Source: Phormidesmis sp.
Lineage (GTDB): Bacteria > Cyanobacteriota > Cyanobacteriia > Leptolyngbyales > Leptolyngbyaceae
Direction: 5' to 3'
Length of the DNA stretch: 64,000 nt
NCBI GenBank assembly: GCA_965248535.1
Contig: CBDFJR010000002.1
Span: 1,632,001 to 1,696,000, forward strand
The notes beneath the pieces were generated by a model that did no database searches, was not told the DNA's origin, and saw nothing but the letters and a program-made list of their open reading frames with translations. A program made the translations under genes and the position numbers. Shown here piece after piece: positions 40,072-49,407 of this stretch (positions are counted from its first letter, which is position 1; each line of letters opens with the position of its first letter).

Positions 40072-40108
40072 AACCTGGATACGGTCGGCTCCAATGCGAT
40101 CGTTAGCT
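40072..40108 (-). other. half attC site truncated by the IS4 element
   Basis: Minus CCAGCTAAC-GATCGCATTGGAGCCG is the exact complement of the cassette core GTTAGCTGG at 40933-40941. Confidence 0.6.
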
Positions 40109-40212
40109 GGAGGACGCACTGCTCTCTCCCCAATCCCATCTGACAGGTAACCTCGTGGGCAGTGTCGGAAGGTAGATTGCTGTCTAAGCGTTTTTGAGTA
40201 CCACAAACAACC

Positions 40213-40755
40213 TTATTTTGCGATTTCTAGTTCGACAGATCGGTAGAACTCTTTCACATGTTTAGGCGACTGAAGATGATATACTCGCTTGCTTTCCTTA
40301 GCTTTAGTCACGTATTCTCGATACTTTGGAGTGAGCTTCTTATTGCACAGCCAAACCGTATAATAACTGTTTAGCGTACCCTTCAAGAGCGGACTATTCT
40401 TGGGCCAGTTTTCTGGTGGAACTAGAAAGCCCTTCATGAATCGCTTCGTTACCCACCAATAGTGCTGGAGAACTGGCATATCCAAATAAACTAAGGTGTC
40501 TGCAACCTCCAGTCGTTCCCATACCGTATCCAACGATCCATATCCATCAATTATCCATTGGTCTTGCTGGAGGAGTTGATCATGAGCAGCTTTATAGTCT
40601 TCGTAGGGAACTTCGCTACCGCCAGGTTTATACTTCAGAAGGTCTAAAGCAACCATAGGCAAACCTGTCATTTCTGTTAAACGTTTGCTGAGCGTAGACT
40701 TCCCGCCTCCAGCATTACCAAATACAGCAATTTTATTCACGGTCATCTCCTTCAT
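40213..40755 (-). CDS. P-loop kinase-like protein (FlaR / DNA topology modulation family), gene cassette
   Basis: GNAGGGKST, WIIDG.G, ADT.VYLD. Confidence 0.85.
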   Translation of the reverse strand: MKEMTVNKIAVFGNAGGGKSTLSKRLTEMTGLPMVALDLLKYKPGGSEVPYEDYKAAHDQLLQQDQWIIDGYGSLDTVWERLEVADTLVYLDMPVLQHYWWVTKRFMKGFLVPPENWPKNSPLLKGTLNSYYTVWLCNKKLTPKYREYVTKAKESKRVYHLQSPKHVKEFYRSVELEIAK

Positions 40756-40934
40756 GAATGTTGCTTTAAACTACTCTTTAGCAATGAACTTTTACGGTCT
40801 AACTTACGGTACGTTGATAAGCTATTTCAGTGTCTGAAACAGATTCCAAGTGCTGTAACCCTTATGGGTACTTCTGGATCATTGGTGACAATGGCAGGTA
40901 CATACAAGGCTGCGCCTACACGAATGCCTCAGCC

Positions 40935-41017
40935 AGCTAACGTTCCGGTTGAGCGGCAGCAGATTGACCACGACGATAGACGCAAAGACTCTCAACTGCC
41001 CGCTCCAATCGGGTTGT
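40935..41017 (-). other. attC site interrupted by a group II intron (remainder at 43016-43020)
   Basis: Plus AGCTAAC-GTTCCGGTTGAGCGGCAG...CTGCCCGCTCCAATCGGGTTGT|TATGC; removing the intron restores GTTATGC. Confidence 0.8.
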
Positions 41018-43015
41018 GTACGCCCAGCATGGGCGTGAACTAATGGGGTGAAAGTCCCCTGGAGGAGAACCAGCGCCCAAATGATCCCAAAAGATCCGAG
41101 TGGTGATCACTCCTAGCTCAAGGCAAGGGCGTTTCCGTGAGGGAAGGTCTGAAGGAAGCCAGCGGCAAACCGACGAGCCGACGAACAGAAATGTCATAGA
41201 AGGCTGAGACCCCTGGGTGAGGAGCGCACAACACAACGAAACCTCTGGTTCAAGGGGCACAGTAAATGACACGGTTGCGGCGGGACAGTTCACGGTCTTA
41301 TCTGGGGAGGTCTGTGCGGTTGCGGTCTTAAAGATCATGGGAGTCTGACTGAGGTCTCGCGGGAAACGGCGAGGGAGCCACAGAACCCTAACGTCAAAAG
41401 ACAGCGCCCTGAAGAGTAATCTCAAGGGTTCACCGTACAGAAGTCAGCAGAGTCCATAGTAGTTTCCTTGTGAAACGAAGGGACGAACATGAACGAACTA
41501 AGGAGGAGCGATGAACAACTCAGACCCATCGATGAACCCGGATGGGGGAGATGGGGTTTGGCGTTCGGACAGAGAGCCAGCCTTAGACAACCTGATGGCG
41601 CGAATCTTAGAGCGCGACAATGTTCAAGCAGCCTGGAAACGGGTGCAGTCAAACAAGGGTGCGCCCGGTAGCGACGGGATGACCTTAGAAGACTTTCCTG
41701 CCTACGCCCGCGAACATTGGCAAGAGATTCGCCAGTCCTTACTCGATGGCAGCTACCAACCACGTCCTGTACGCCGGGTAGTGATTCCCAAGCCGAGAGG
41801 CAAGGGAGAGCGGAAATTGGGGGTTCCTTGTGTCATAGACCGAGTGATCCAGCGACAAGCCATCTTACAAGTGCTCACGCCAAGGGAAGCGGAAATTGGG
41901 GGTTCCTTGTGTCATAGACCGAGTGATCCAAGCCATCTTTGCTCACGCCAATCTTTGACCCAAGCTTTTCTGAGTCAAGCTATGGCAGCCGACCCCAGCG
42001 TTCGGCTCATGGAGCAATCCAACAGGTGAAAACGATTGTAAAAGCTGGATATCGTGTTGTGGTCGATTTGGATCTGGAGAAATTCTTTGATACCGTCAAC
42101 CATGATGTTTTGATGTCTCGTGTTTCCCGGAAAGTCACTGATAAAGTGCTTTTGGGGTTAATCGGTCGTTACCTGCGAGCCGGAGTGTTGGTCGGGAACA
42201 CCGTTGAACCGACCGACTGGGGAACCCCGCAAGGGTCTCCCCTTTCACCCCTGTTGTCGAATATCCTTTTAGATGATTTAGACAAAGAGCTAGAAGCGCG
42301 AGGACATCGGTTTGTTCGTTACGTGGACGACCTGGTTATTCTGGTCAAAAGCAGACGAGCAGGGCGACGGGTGATGGCGAAAATCAGCCGTTATTTGACC
42401 CAAACCCTCAGGCTCAGAGTCAATCGGGAAAAGAGTCGAGTGGTCAAGATTGAGGATTTGAATTACTTGGGATTTACGTTCCGAGGGATTCGCATTTTCG
42501 TCTGCCAGCAAGCTCTGCAAGACTTCCAGCATCGATTGCGCGGGTTAACCTCGCGCAGTTGGGGAGTCTCAATGTCAGAGCGTTTCGTGCGCTTGAACCG
42601 ATACTTACGGGGGTGGATGAACTACTTCGGCATTTCTCAGCACTACACCCCAATCGCAGAGCTAGATGGTTGGCTCAGGCGACGCATTCGCATGTGTTAC
42701 TGGAAACAGTGGCGCAGACCGAGAACGCGCATTGCTAACTTGCTCAAGTTGGGAACCAGTAAGCGTCATGCGATTTTGACCGGCATTAGTCGCAAAGGCT
42801 TTTGGCGTTTGTCAAAGACTCTCGCAACGCAAACGGGAATGACGAATGAGTGGTTAGAACAACAGGGATTGTTATCGATTCGCCAACTCTGGATGAAAGT
42901 ACAGGGTTACGCTTAAGTGATCAGCGTTGTTTGCGCGTCTTCATGAACCGCCCATTGCGGACCCGCATGATGGGTGGTGTGGGAGGGGAGAGTTAAATGC
43001 TCTCCTCGACCCGAT
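41018..43015 (+). mobile_element. group IIC intron (attC-targeting type)
   Basis: 5' GTACGCCCAGCATGGG; short domain V GAACCGCCCATTGCGGACCCGCATGATGGGTGG near 42945; DVI ending CCGAT; inserted at TTGT/T. Confidence 0.88.
41511..42916 (+). pseudogene. ltrA: group II intron reverse transcriptase/maturase, frameshifted by an internal duplication
   Basis: NKGAPG.DG, R.LG.P...DR.IQ, GTPQGSPLSPLL.NI, RYVDD, maturase X domain, no endonuclease; split at 41800-41950. Confidence 0.85.
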
Positions 43016-43291
43016 TATGCGTTGCTCGACACAACCGATCGCGCCCCAACTTCGCCAGACCGCACATCTCAAAAGACGAAGAACTCGGCATTCGCGGACG
43101 GATTTAAATCCTATGCGACCCGTCACCTCCCACTCTCAACGAAGTATCTTTGCTAAAGTCAACACCGATAAGTCGGCGCGATCGTTATAAACCACCTTAA
43201 CTTTCGCACTCACCAACCCGTTCTCAATATCGTTGATACTTAGATTAACGACAACTCTAAAAAACCGTGTTGACAGCTTGTCGGGCTGGCG

Positions 43292-43450
43292 GTCTAACTA
43301 CTATTTCTGCCGTTTGAACTCCTATCAAACAGGATAAATGCCTCTCTCAGAGAAATTATGCTGTATGCAAACCGGATAACTCCCATTTTTTTAGGAATTA
43401 TCCTGAATTCCCACAGGATAACTCTCCGATTTCGGGTAATTATACGGAAT
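43292..43450 (-). other. attI-like site 2
   Basis: GTTAGAC core site; upstream repeats CAGGATAA, CCGGATAA, TTATCCTG, TTATACGGA related to site 1. Confidence 0.45.
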
Positions 43451-43656
43451 GGCGCTCAGACTTCTCGATTCTAGGGGAGCCGTGAGTAAATTGTCTCGTT
43501 CCGATGAATCAGTCATGGCGCTGAGTCGATCGCATCCCTGCCGTTGCTCGACTGGAACATAAATCAGGGAGAAGTTACGATCGCCCCCCTCTCTTCCCAA
43601 AACCCGATCGCTTCCTTCTCTTCAAAATTCAGCATTCCAAAAAACAAAAAACTCTT

Positions 43657-44916
43657 GGGCACCTCGAAAAATTTGCCAAGAGGAGTCTTAACGTGAGACA
43701 AGTGTGAGATCATAGTTATAGAGCAGTGATGGGGCAATTGCAATGACACAGCCTGGATTTTGGGATTGGGAAACGCGCCAAGATAAGCTGAACCAGAAGC
43801 AAGACTTACTGGTGCGACTCAATGAGATTGTCCCCTGGGAAACTTTTCGCCCCTTGCTCGAACCCATTCATGACAAACCGCGCAAGAGTAATGCTGGACG
43901 CAAGCCGATGGATGTGATTGTGATGTTTAAGCTGCTGGTGTTGCAACAGTTGTACAACATTAGTGATGAAGCCTTGGAGTATCAAGTGAGTGACCGCTTA
44001 TCCTTCATGCAGTTTCTCGATTTTGGGTTAGCAGATGAGGTTCCAGATGTAACAACGGTATGGTTGTTCCGTAAGCAGTTAACAGAGCAAGCATTAATTG
44101 AACCATTGTTTGAGCAATTCGATGAGTATTTGATTCAGCAAGGCTACGCAGCTCAAGGAGGACAAATTGTCGATGCTACATTGATTCCCGTTCCCAAGCA
44201 GCACAACAGCAAGGATGAGAATCAACAGATTAAGCAAGGAGAGATTCCCCCATCGTGGCAAGACAACCCGCATCAACGTTCTCAGAAAGATAGCGATGCT
44301 CGATGGACGAAAAAGGGGGGTAAGAGCTACTTCGGCTACAAAGATCACATCAGCATTGATGCCCAACATGGGTTGATTCGTCAGTATGCTGTGACCGATG
44401 CCTCGGTTCATGATTCTCAAGTTTTGGGTCAACTCCTCGATGACGACAATGAGAGCGACAAGATTTGGGCAGATAGTGCTTACCGCGCTGAAGCAATTGA
44501 GGAAACGTTGAAGTTGATGCAGTTCGATAGTCAGATTCATGAGCGGGGATATCGCAACCGCCCGTTAACGGAAGAACAGAAGCAGTCTAATCGCACTAAG
44601 TCCACCACGCGCGTTAAAGTCGAGCATGTGTTTGGGTGTTGGGTGATGCAGATGGGTGGCAAACTGCTGCGTTCGATTGGCATTCAGCGGGCAACGGCAC
44701 AATTGGGATTGAAGAACTTGACCTACAACTTGTTGCGGTACACCTTCTTGGAAACGAAAGCAGTCGGTTAAGAAGTGGGAGCAGGAGTGATCTTGAATGG
44801 AGCCTGGATGAATCAATATTGCTCAGGTGAATGAGGGAGAAGCGATAGGCTTACATAGCTCTCTTCAGTCTCATTTGAGATCCTGATTCGCTAAAAATCA
44901 ATTAATCGAGGTGCCC
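43657..44916 (+). mobile_element. IS5-family insertion sequence, complete
   Basis: TIR GGGCACCTCGA...TCGAGGTGCCC; TSD TCTT (CTCTTG if the ends are 1 nt shorter); empty site present in module copy 1. Confidence 0.93.
43743..44771 (+). CDS. IS5-family transposase
   Basis: VDAT, DARWTKK, FGYK.H, ADSAY, R.KVEHVFG. Confidence 0.95.
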   Translation: MTQPGFWDWETRQDKLNQKQDLLVRLNEIVPWETFRPLLEPIHDKPRKSNAGRKPMDVIVMFKLLVLQQLYNISDEALEYQVSDRLSFMQFLDFGLADEVPDVTTVWLFRKQLTEQALIEPLFEQFDEYLIQQGYAAQGGQIVDATLIPVPKQHNSKDENQQIKQGEIPPSWQDNPHQRSQKDSDARWTKKGGKSYFGYKDHISIDAQHGLIRQYAVTDASVHDSQVLGQLLDDDNESDKIWADSAYRAEAIEETLKLMQFDSQIHERGYRNRPLTEEQKQSNRTKSTTRVKVEHVFGCWVMQMGGKLLRSIGIQRATAQLGLKNLTYNLLRYTFLETKAVG

Positions 44917-45026
44917 TCTTGTACAATACACCGCAGTGATGGAGTTGTGCCCCGAAGTCTGATGTACCAGATCAGAACTCCGAGGACTTCCATCCCTAGT
45001 TAGCGTTCATAACTCAGGAGGCGTTC

Positions 45027-45146
45027 ATGATTGTACACCGTCGGCTTTGCTATGGGATCTTGAAAGGCTGGAATCAAGATCCTGCATACAGGTTTTACCC
45101 CAACCCAATGTCTGAGAGATCCGTGTTTTTGTCCTCTTTGAATTAA
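45027..45146 (+). CDS. 39-aa leader peptide, copy 2 (MIVHRRLCYGILKGWNQDPAYRFYPNPMSERSVFLSSLN)
   Basis: AGGAGG SD; same length and frame as copy 1. Confidence 0.65.
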   Translation: MIVHRRLCYGILKGWNQDPAYRFYPNPMSERSVFLSSLN

Positions 45147-45163
45147 TCGAGAGGACAAAAACT

Positions 45164-45535
45164 ATGGCAGTTAGGACGATCGTTCCTAGCTCGATTTCGT
45201 TCACCATTGAGTTGCGTTGCTCAATCGAAAAGCGTTATCGGGTGAGTGTGGTTTTAGATTTACAAGAGCGTTATCTCTTCATGCCCTCTGGCATTGTCTC
45301 GGATGTTAGCGACAGCATTGAAGAGTTTGTGTCTCAACTGAGTGAAATCTCGTCTAATCAACTAGCATTTCTAAAATGGGATGGCACGAGTGATTTGACA
45401 ACCGAGTATCAGATTGTTCGAGTGTTGCCCGGTTATCAAGTAGAACGATCGCTTGTGAAGTTCAACATTGTTCTGGGGAGTGGTTCATTAATTCAAGTAG
45501 AGGAGGTGCCCAACAAAACCACCATCCAACTCTAG
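45164..45535 (+). CDS. hypothetical protein, 123 aa, copy 2
   Basis: Paralog of 38612-38983. Confidence 0.8.
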   Translation: MAVRTIVPSSISFTIELRCSIEKRYRVSVVLDLQERYLFMPSGIVSDVSDSIEEFVSQLSEISSNQLAFLKWDGTSDLTTEYQIVRVLPGYQVERSLVKFNIVLGSGSLIQVEEVPNKTTIQL

Positions 45536-45689
45536 AACAGTTGGGGTTAGGGAGTCGATTGTTCTTTAATGGATCGTGAAACAACCTGTTTGATCAACGC
45601 ACTTGCACCCAAAGCGGGTTCATCACTGGTTCCTTTATGGTCGCCCGGCTCCCTAACGGAAGACACGATCGTCAACCATACACACAACA

Positions 45690-45952
45690 AACTACGGCAT
45701 CGGGCACCTGGAATGCAGGTTTCACCCTTCAGTAAAAGATTTGCGGCTGCCGAAACTGCGGCGACCCAAGAGCGAGAGCGGCAAATTTTGCTGCCCTACC
45801 CAAGAGGATTGGGGAATCTGGTCAATTGGCCGTGCTGCCTCTATGGGACAGGACTGTCGCTGCGGGACTTGCAAGAAGCGTTATATTTTCTGATTAGGTC
45901 ATGTTTTGTCGCGCAGTGCCCTGAATCAAGTCACTCTTGCCGTTCAAAATGA
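45690..45952 (+). pseudogene. IS256-family transposase fragment
   Basis: R..QIL..Y.RGL...LY..GLSLRDLQEAL remnant; boundaries approximate. Confidence 0.6.
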
Positions 45953-46218
45953 AATTGGAACGTTCCCTCAAGAAACCAGTTGCTTGACGGTGTTTTTTCT
46001 AGTGATGGAGCGAGATCATGCTAAATACGACCGCAAATCCACGGCGAAAAATTCATGACACTCACGAAATTCCATCATGAGAATTGCCGATCGCTCGCCC
46101 TTCAGAAAAATCTTGTGTCCATGATCTGAGACAATATTTGGATTAAACCCGGCAGTTTGTGGACTCGATTTCAAGAACGATCGTCTACCTAACCATACCC
46201 ATTTTGGAGGACAACCCA

Positions 46219-46530
46219 ATGACTATTAGTGTAATTGCAGCGATCGCTTACGGCATTCTCTCGATCGTAGGCGGCTTAATTGGCTATGCCCAGGCCAAAA
46301 GCAAAATCTCATTGATTGCAGGGGTAGCTAGCGGCATTTTATTAATGGTGGGTGGCGTGTTGGTTGCTCAAGGTCAAACAGCCGGGTTGATTTTATCGGC
46401 GGTTGTGACGATCGTGCTCATCGTCGCCTTTGGCGTGCGGTTGGCAAAAACGCGCAAATTCATGCCAGCCGGGTTGATGCTCGTGTTGGGAATCCCAGTG
46501 TTGGCTTGTGTGGCGGGTCAACTCCGCTAG
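46219..46530 (+). CDS. TMEM14 family small membrane protein
   Basis: YG....GG..GY..AKS..SL.AG, KFMPAG; GGAGG RBS. Confidence 0.9.
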   Translation: MTISVIAAIAYGILSIVGGLIGYAQAKSKISLIAGVASGILLMVGGVLVAQGQTAGLILSAVVTIVLIVAFGVRLAKTRKFMPAGLMLVLGIPVLACVAGQLR

Positions 46531-46703
46531 CGATCGCTTATCTTTTGAGGCCGCGTGACTCCAAACAGATCTCGGCGTTTTATCATGGGAGAGACGGGTT
46601 GAGGCGGCTGAGAGATTAGCTCTCCCTGATTAGGTGTGCTGAATTGTGCACAACCCTCAACCCACGCAAATTCTCAACCATCACTCTCAGGAGTCAAGCT
46701 TAG

Positions 46704-47312
46704 ATGAATGTTATGGAGTTTTTTCAACTGAGTGCTGGCAAGTGGTTGTCGCAGCGCACCACACACCATCTGGCCTTCAAACGATCGGAGGGCGGCGAGT
46801 CAGAAATCGCGGTCGAAGCGCTGTCCGTAGACGATCCTAAAATTCTCGAAATTTGCAAACTGCACGACGTTGATCCCGGTTTGGCGATCGGGGGCGCACA
46901 AGTGCAGTGGATGGGCACTATGGCGTGGGATCGCTCCAGTGAAGAAAACCACGAAGGCTCCACCGTTTTTGTGCTGGTGCCCGACACAGACAACCCCCGC
47001 AACGGCAGACTGCTGCGAGAAGTGGGCTATGCCGAAATCGTGCCCGTGATCGGTCGCTATGAAATGGACGATGCAGACGGACTGGTGCTGACTACCGACT
47101 ACGACACGATGAGTTCTAAAGAACACTTCTGGTTTGCCAGCCCCGACGTGAGAATTCGCAGCGGCACGGTCAAACGCTTTGGCGGCTTTAGCACGGCCTC
47201 ATTTTGCACAGAGACGCGCATTCGAGAAGAGGCCCAAAGCGATCCATCAGACCCCCAACCCGTCAAAGAGGTCGCTGATTCGCGAGCCTTCTCCGCTAAC
47301 TTTGGCTGGTAG
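46704..47312 (+). CDS. cpcS: phycobiliprotein lyase CpcS/CpeS family
   Basis: FFQLSAGKW.SQRTTHHLAF, LLRE.GYAE, ASFCTE.R. Confidence 0.88.
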   Translation: MNVMEFFQLSAGKWLSQRTTHHLAFKRSEGGESEIAVEALSVDDPKILEICKLHDVDPGLAIGGAQVQWMGTMAWDRSSEENHEGSTVFVLVPDTDNPRNGRLLREVGYAEIVPVIGRYEMDDADGLVLTTDYDTMSSKEHFWFASPDVRIRSGTVKRFGGFSTASFCTETRIREEAQSDPSDPQPVKEVADSRAFSANFGW

Positions 47313-47391
47313 TCTGCCTGATTTTGATGCTGCGGTTCCCCCGTCGGGCAACTGACCCCTCACCATGGTTAGGCAACAAGCAGGAGGTTTT

Positions 47392-47868
47392 ATGATTGCA
47401 TTGAAGCTTTTGGCGGCGCTGGGCTGCGGGCTAATGGCCGGAGTCTTCTTTGCGTTCTCCACGTTCGTGATGAACGCTCTGGCCCGACTGCCGCCCGCCC
47501 AGGGTATTGCCGCTATGCAGTCTATCAACATCACAGCGATCAATCCCTTGTTCATGGTGGCTCTATTTGGAACGGCTGCGGCTTGCCTCTTTCTGGCAGT
47601 CTCCGTGCTATTAAAGTGGCATCAACCCGGTGCCGCTTACCTGCTTCTGGGCAGTTTGCTTTATCTTGTGGGTACGGTTTTGGTGACGATCGTGTTCAAT
47701 GTGCCGCTCAACGATGGGCTGGCGAAAGTCAAGCCCGACAGTCCTGACAGCGCAACTGTCTGGGTTAGCTATCTCACTAGCTGGACGTTTTGGAACCACA
47801 TTCGGACGGCGGCATCGCTTGCAGCGGCGGCATTGTTCACGGTTTGCGAAGCAAGTTTCCTTCGGTAA
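47392..47868 (+). CDS. DUF1772 / anthrone oxygenase family membrane protein
   Basis: GVFFAFS.FVM.AL, MQSIN, NVPLN, WNHIRT. Confidence 0.88.
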   Translation: MIALKLLAALGCGLMAGVFFAFSTFVMNALARLPPAQGIAAMQSINITAINPLFMVALFGTAAACLFLAVSVLLKWHQPGAAYLLLGSLLYLVGTVLVTIVFNVPLNDGLAKVKPDSPDSATVWVSYLTSWTFWNHIRTAASLAAAALFTVCEASFLR

Positions 47869-47904
47869 GTGCGCTGGCTCCTGTTGTCTGATAGCTTGAG
47901 CATT

Positions 47905-49370
47905 TTAAGATCGGGGTAGGGCGATCGTAAACGTGCTGCCTTCGCCCAGCTTTGACCTGACATAAACACTTCCATTCATGCCTTCTACCAGCGTTTTGAC
48001 AATGGCTAACCCTAGCCCATAGCCTCCCCCCGACTGCTCCACGGCTCCTCGCAGGGGCAGCGAGCGCGAGACTCATCGACGCGATAAAATCGCTCAAAGA
48101 CGCGAGTTTGATCGTGCAGGGGAATGCCCACCCCCCGATCGTGCACCTGAATTAAAACTTGATGATTAGTTTGCGCTAGCGTCAGGTCAATCGGCTGATC
48201 GGGGTCAGAATATTTAACCGCGTTATCGATCAGGTTGATTAAGATTTGTTTTAAGCGGCTGCGATCGGCAATAGCTGTCAGCGATCGCTCCGCGCTCAGA
48301 ATGATGGGGCGACCGCTAAATTTTTCTGACATTTCTGCAACTTCGACCAGCAGATCGTTGAGCGTCACCGATTCTAAATTAAATTGCACATAGCCACTAT
48401 CTGCCCGTGCCAGATCGAGCAAATCTTGCAGCAGATGAATCGTGCGATCGGCTTCAGATGAGGCCGTTTCTAGCGCTTCTCGCTGATAGTCATTCAGATT
48501 ATTACTCCGGCGCAGCAAGCTTTGTAGATAGCCTGACACCACTGTGAGCGGTGTGCGTAACTCGTGAGAGACATTGCTGACAAATTGCCGCTGTTGCTCC
48601 CATGCGTCTGAGAGCCGAGACAGCATCATATTAAACGTGTTTGCAAGCTCTTTGACCTCGCTCGGCGCATGGCGTAATTGCAGTTTGGCCTCGCCTAAAT
48701 CTTCGGCTGAGATAATGCCTGCCATTTGACTCATCTCTTGCAATGGCTGAAGCGATCGCCGAATTTGCAGCGCGATCGCGATCATCATCACAAGAGTGGC
48801 AATCATACACACCAGCGCCAGGCTTTGAATGGCGGTGATCAACTCGTGTTGATCGGCCGTAATATCTTGCGCCATATAGACTTTGCCCAACAGTGCTCCC
48901 TTCACCGTCACCGACCCTTCATAGAGCACTAGATAGCGATCGCGCGCTCGATAGACCTGGGGCTTGAGGGGCATTTCTGCTAGAGACATCAACTCAGCTT
49001 TGGCAGTGAAGACAGAATTGAGATCGGCTGATTGCGCCAAGAGCTTGCCATCAGGATCTTTGACCCAAATCAGCAGCCCCGGAACCGAGACATTGTTAAT
49101 CGTCTTTTGCAAGCCTGCTTCGACGGGCAACATCTCGCTATAAAGCTGCACATCGCGAGGAAACCGACTCGCAATATACTCTACGTTTTGCGTGTGCGTG
49201 GCAATCAAGATTTGCTGCATTTTCCAACTCGTCCAAATCGCCACGCTGCTCAAGCCCAAAATAGACAGAGCCGTGATCTCGATCGTCAAGCGAAACTGAA
49301 GGGAAGACGGATCGAGGTGTCTATGCCGAAGGTGGCTTATTTTGTCTTGAAGTCGGCGAATCAGTTGCAT
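47905..49370 (-). pseudogene. HAMP sensor histidine kinase with a frameshift before the G2 box
   Basis: SHELRTPL H-box, NLIDNA N-box; G2 box [13 protein letters not shown]...[11 protein letters not shown] stop continues in another frame. Confidence 0.8.
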
Positions 49371-49407
49371 GGAAGAGTAGACATCCCAGGTGAGCCATAC
49401 ACGATCA

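Noticed and set aside
40937..41763. Minus-strand ORFs of 162 and 113 aa
   Set aside because: Antisense to the structured intron RNA and RT; shadow ORFs with no protein-like motifs.
43449..43500. ATGGCGCTCAGACTTCTCGAT...GGAGCCGTGAGT as a collapsed intI remnant
   Set aside because: Only a few residues (LLD, AVS) resemble IntI termini; too short to support.
38475..45146. Diverged leader ORFs as a DGR template/variable repeat pair
   Set aside because: Substitutions are not restricted to adenines and there is no DGR-type RT or avd gene.
46016..46219. 67-aa minus-strand ORF at the island edge
   Set aside because: No recognisable motif and it overlaps the upstream region of the TMEM14 gene.
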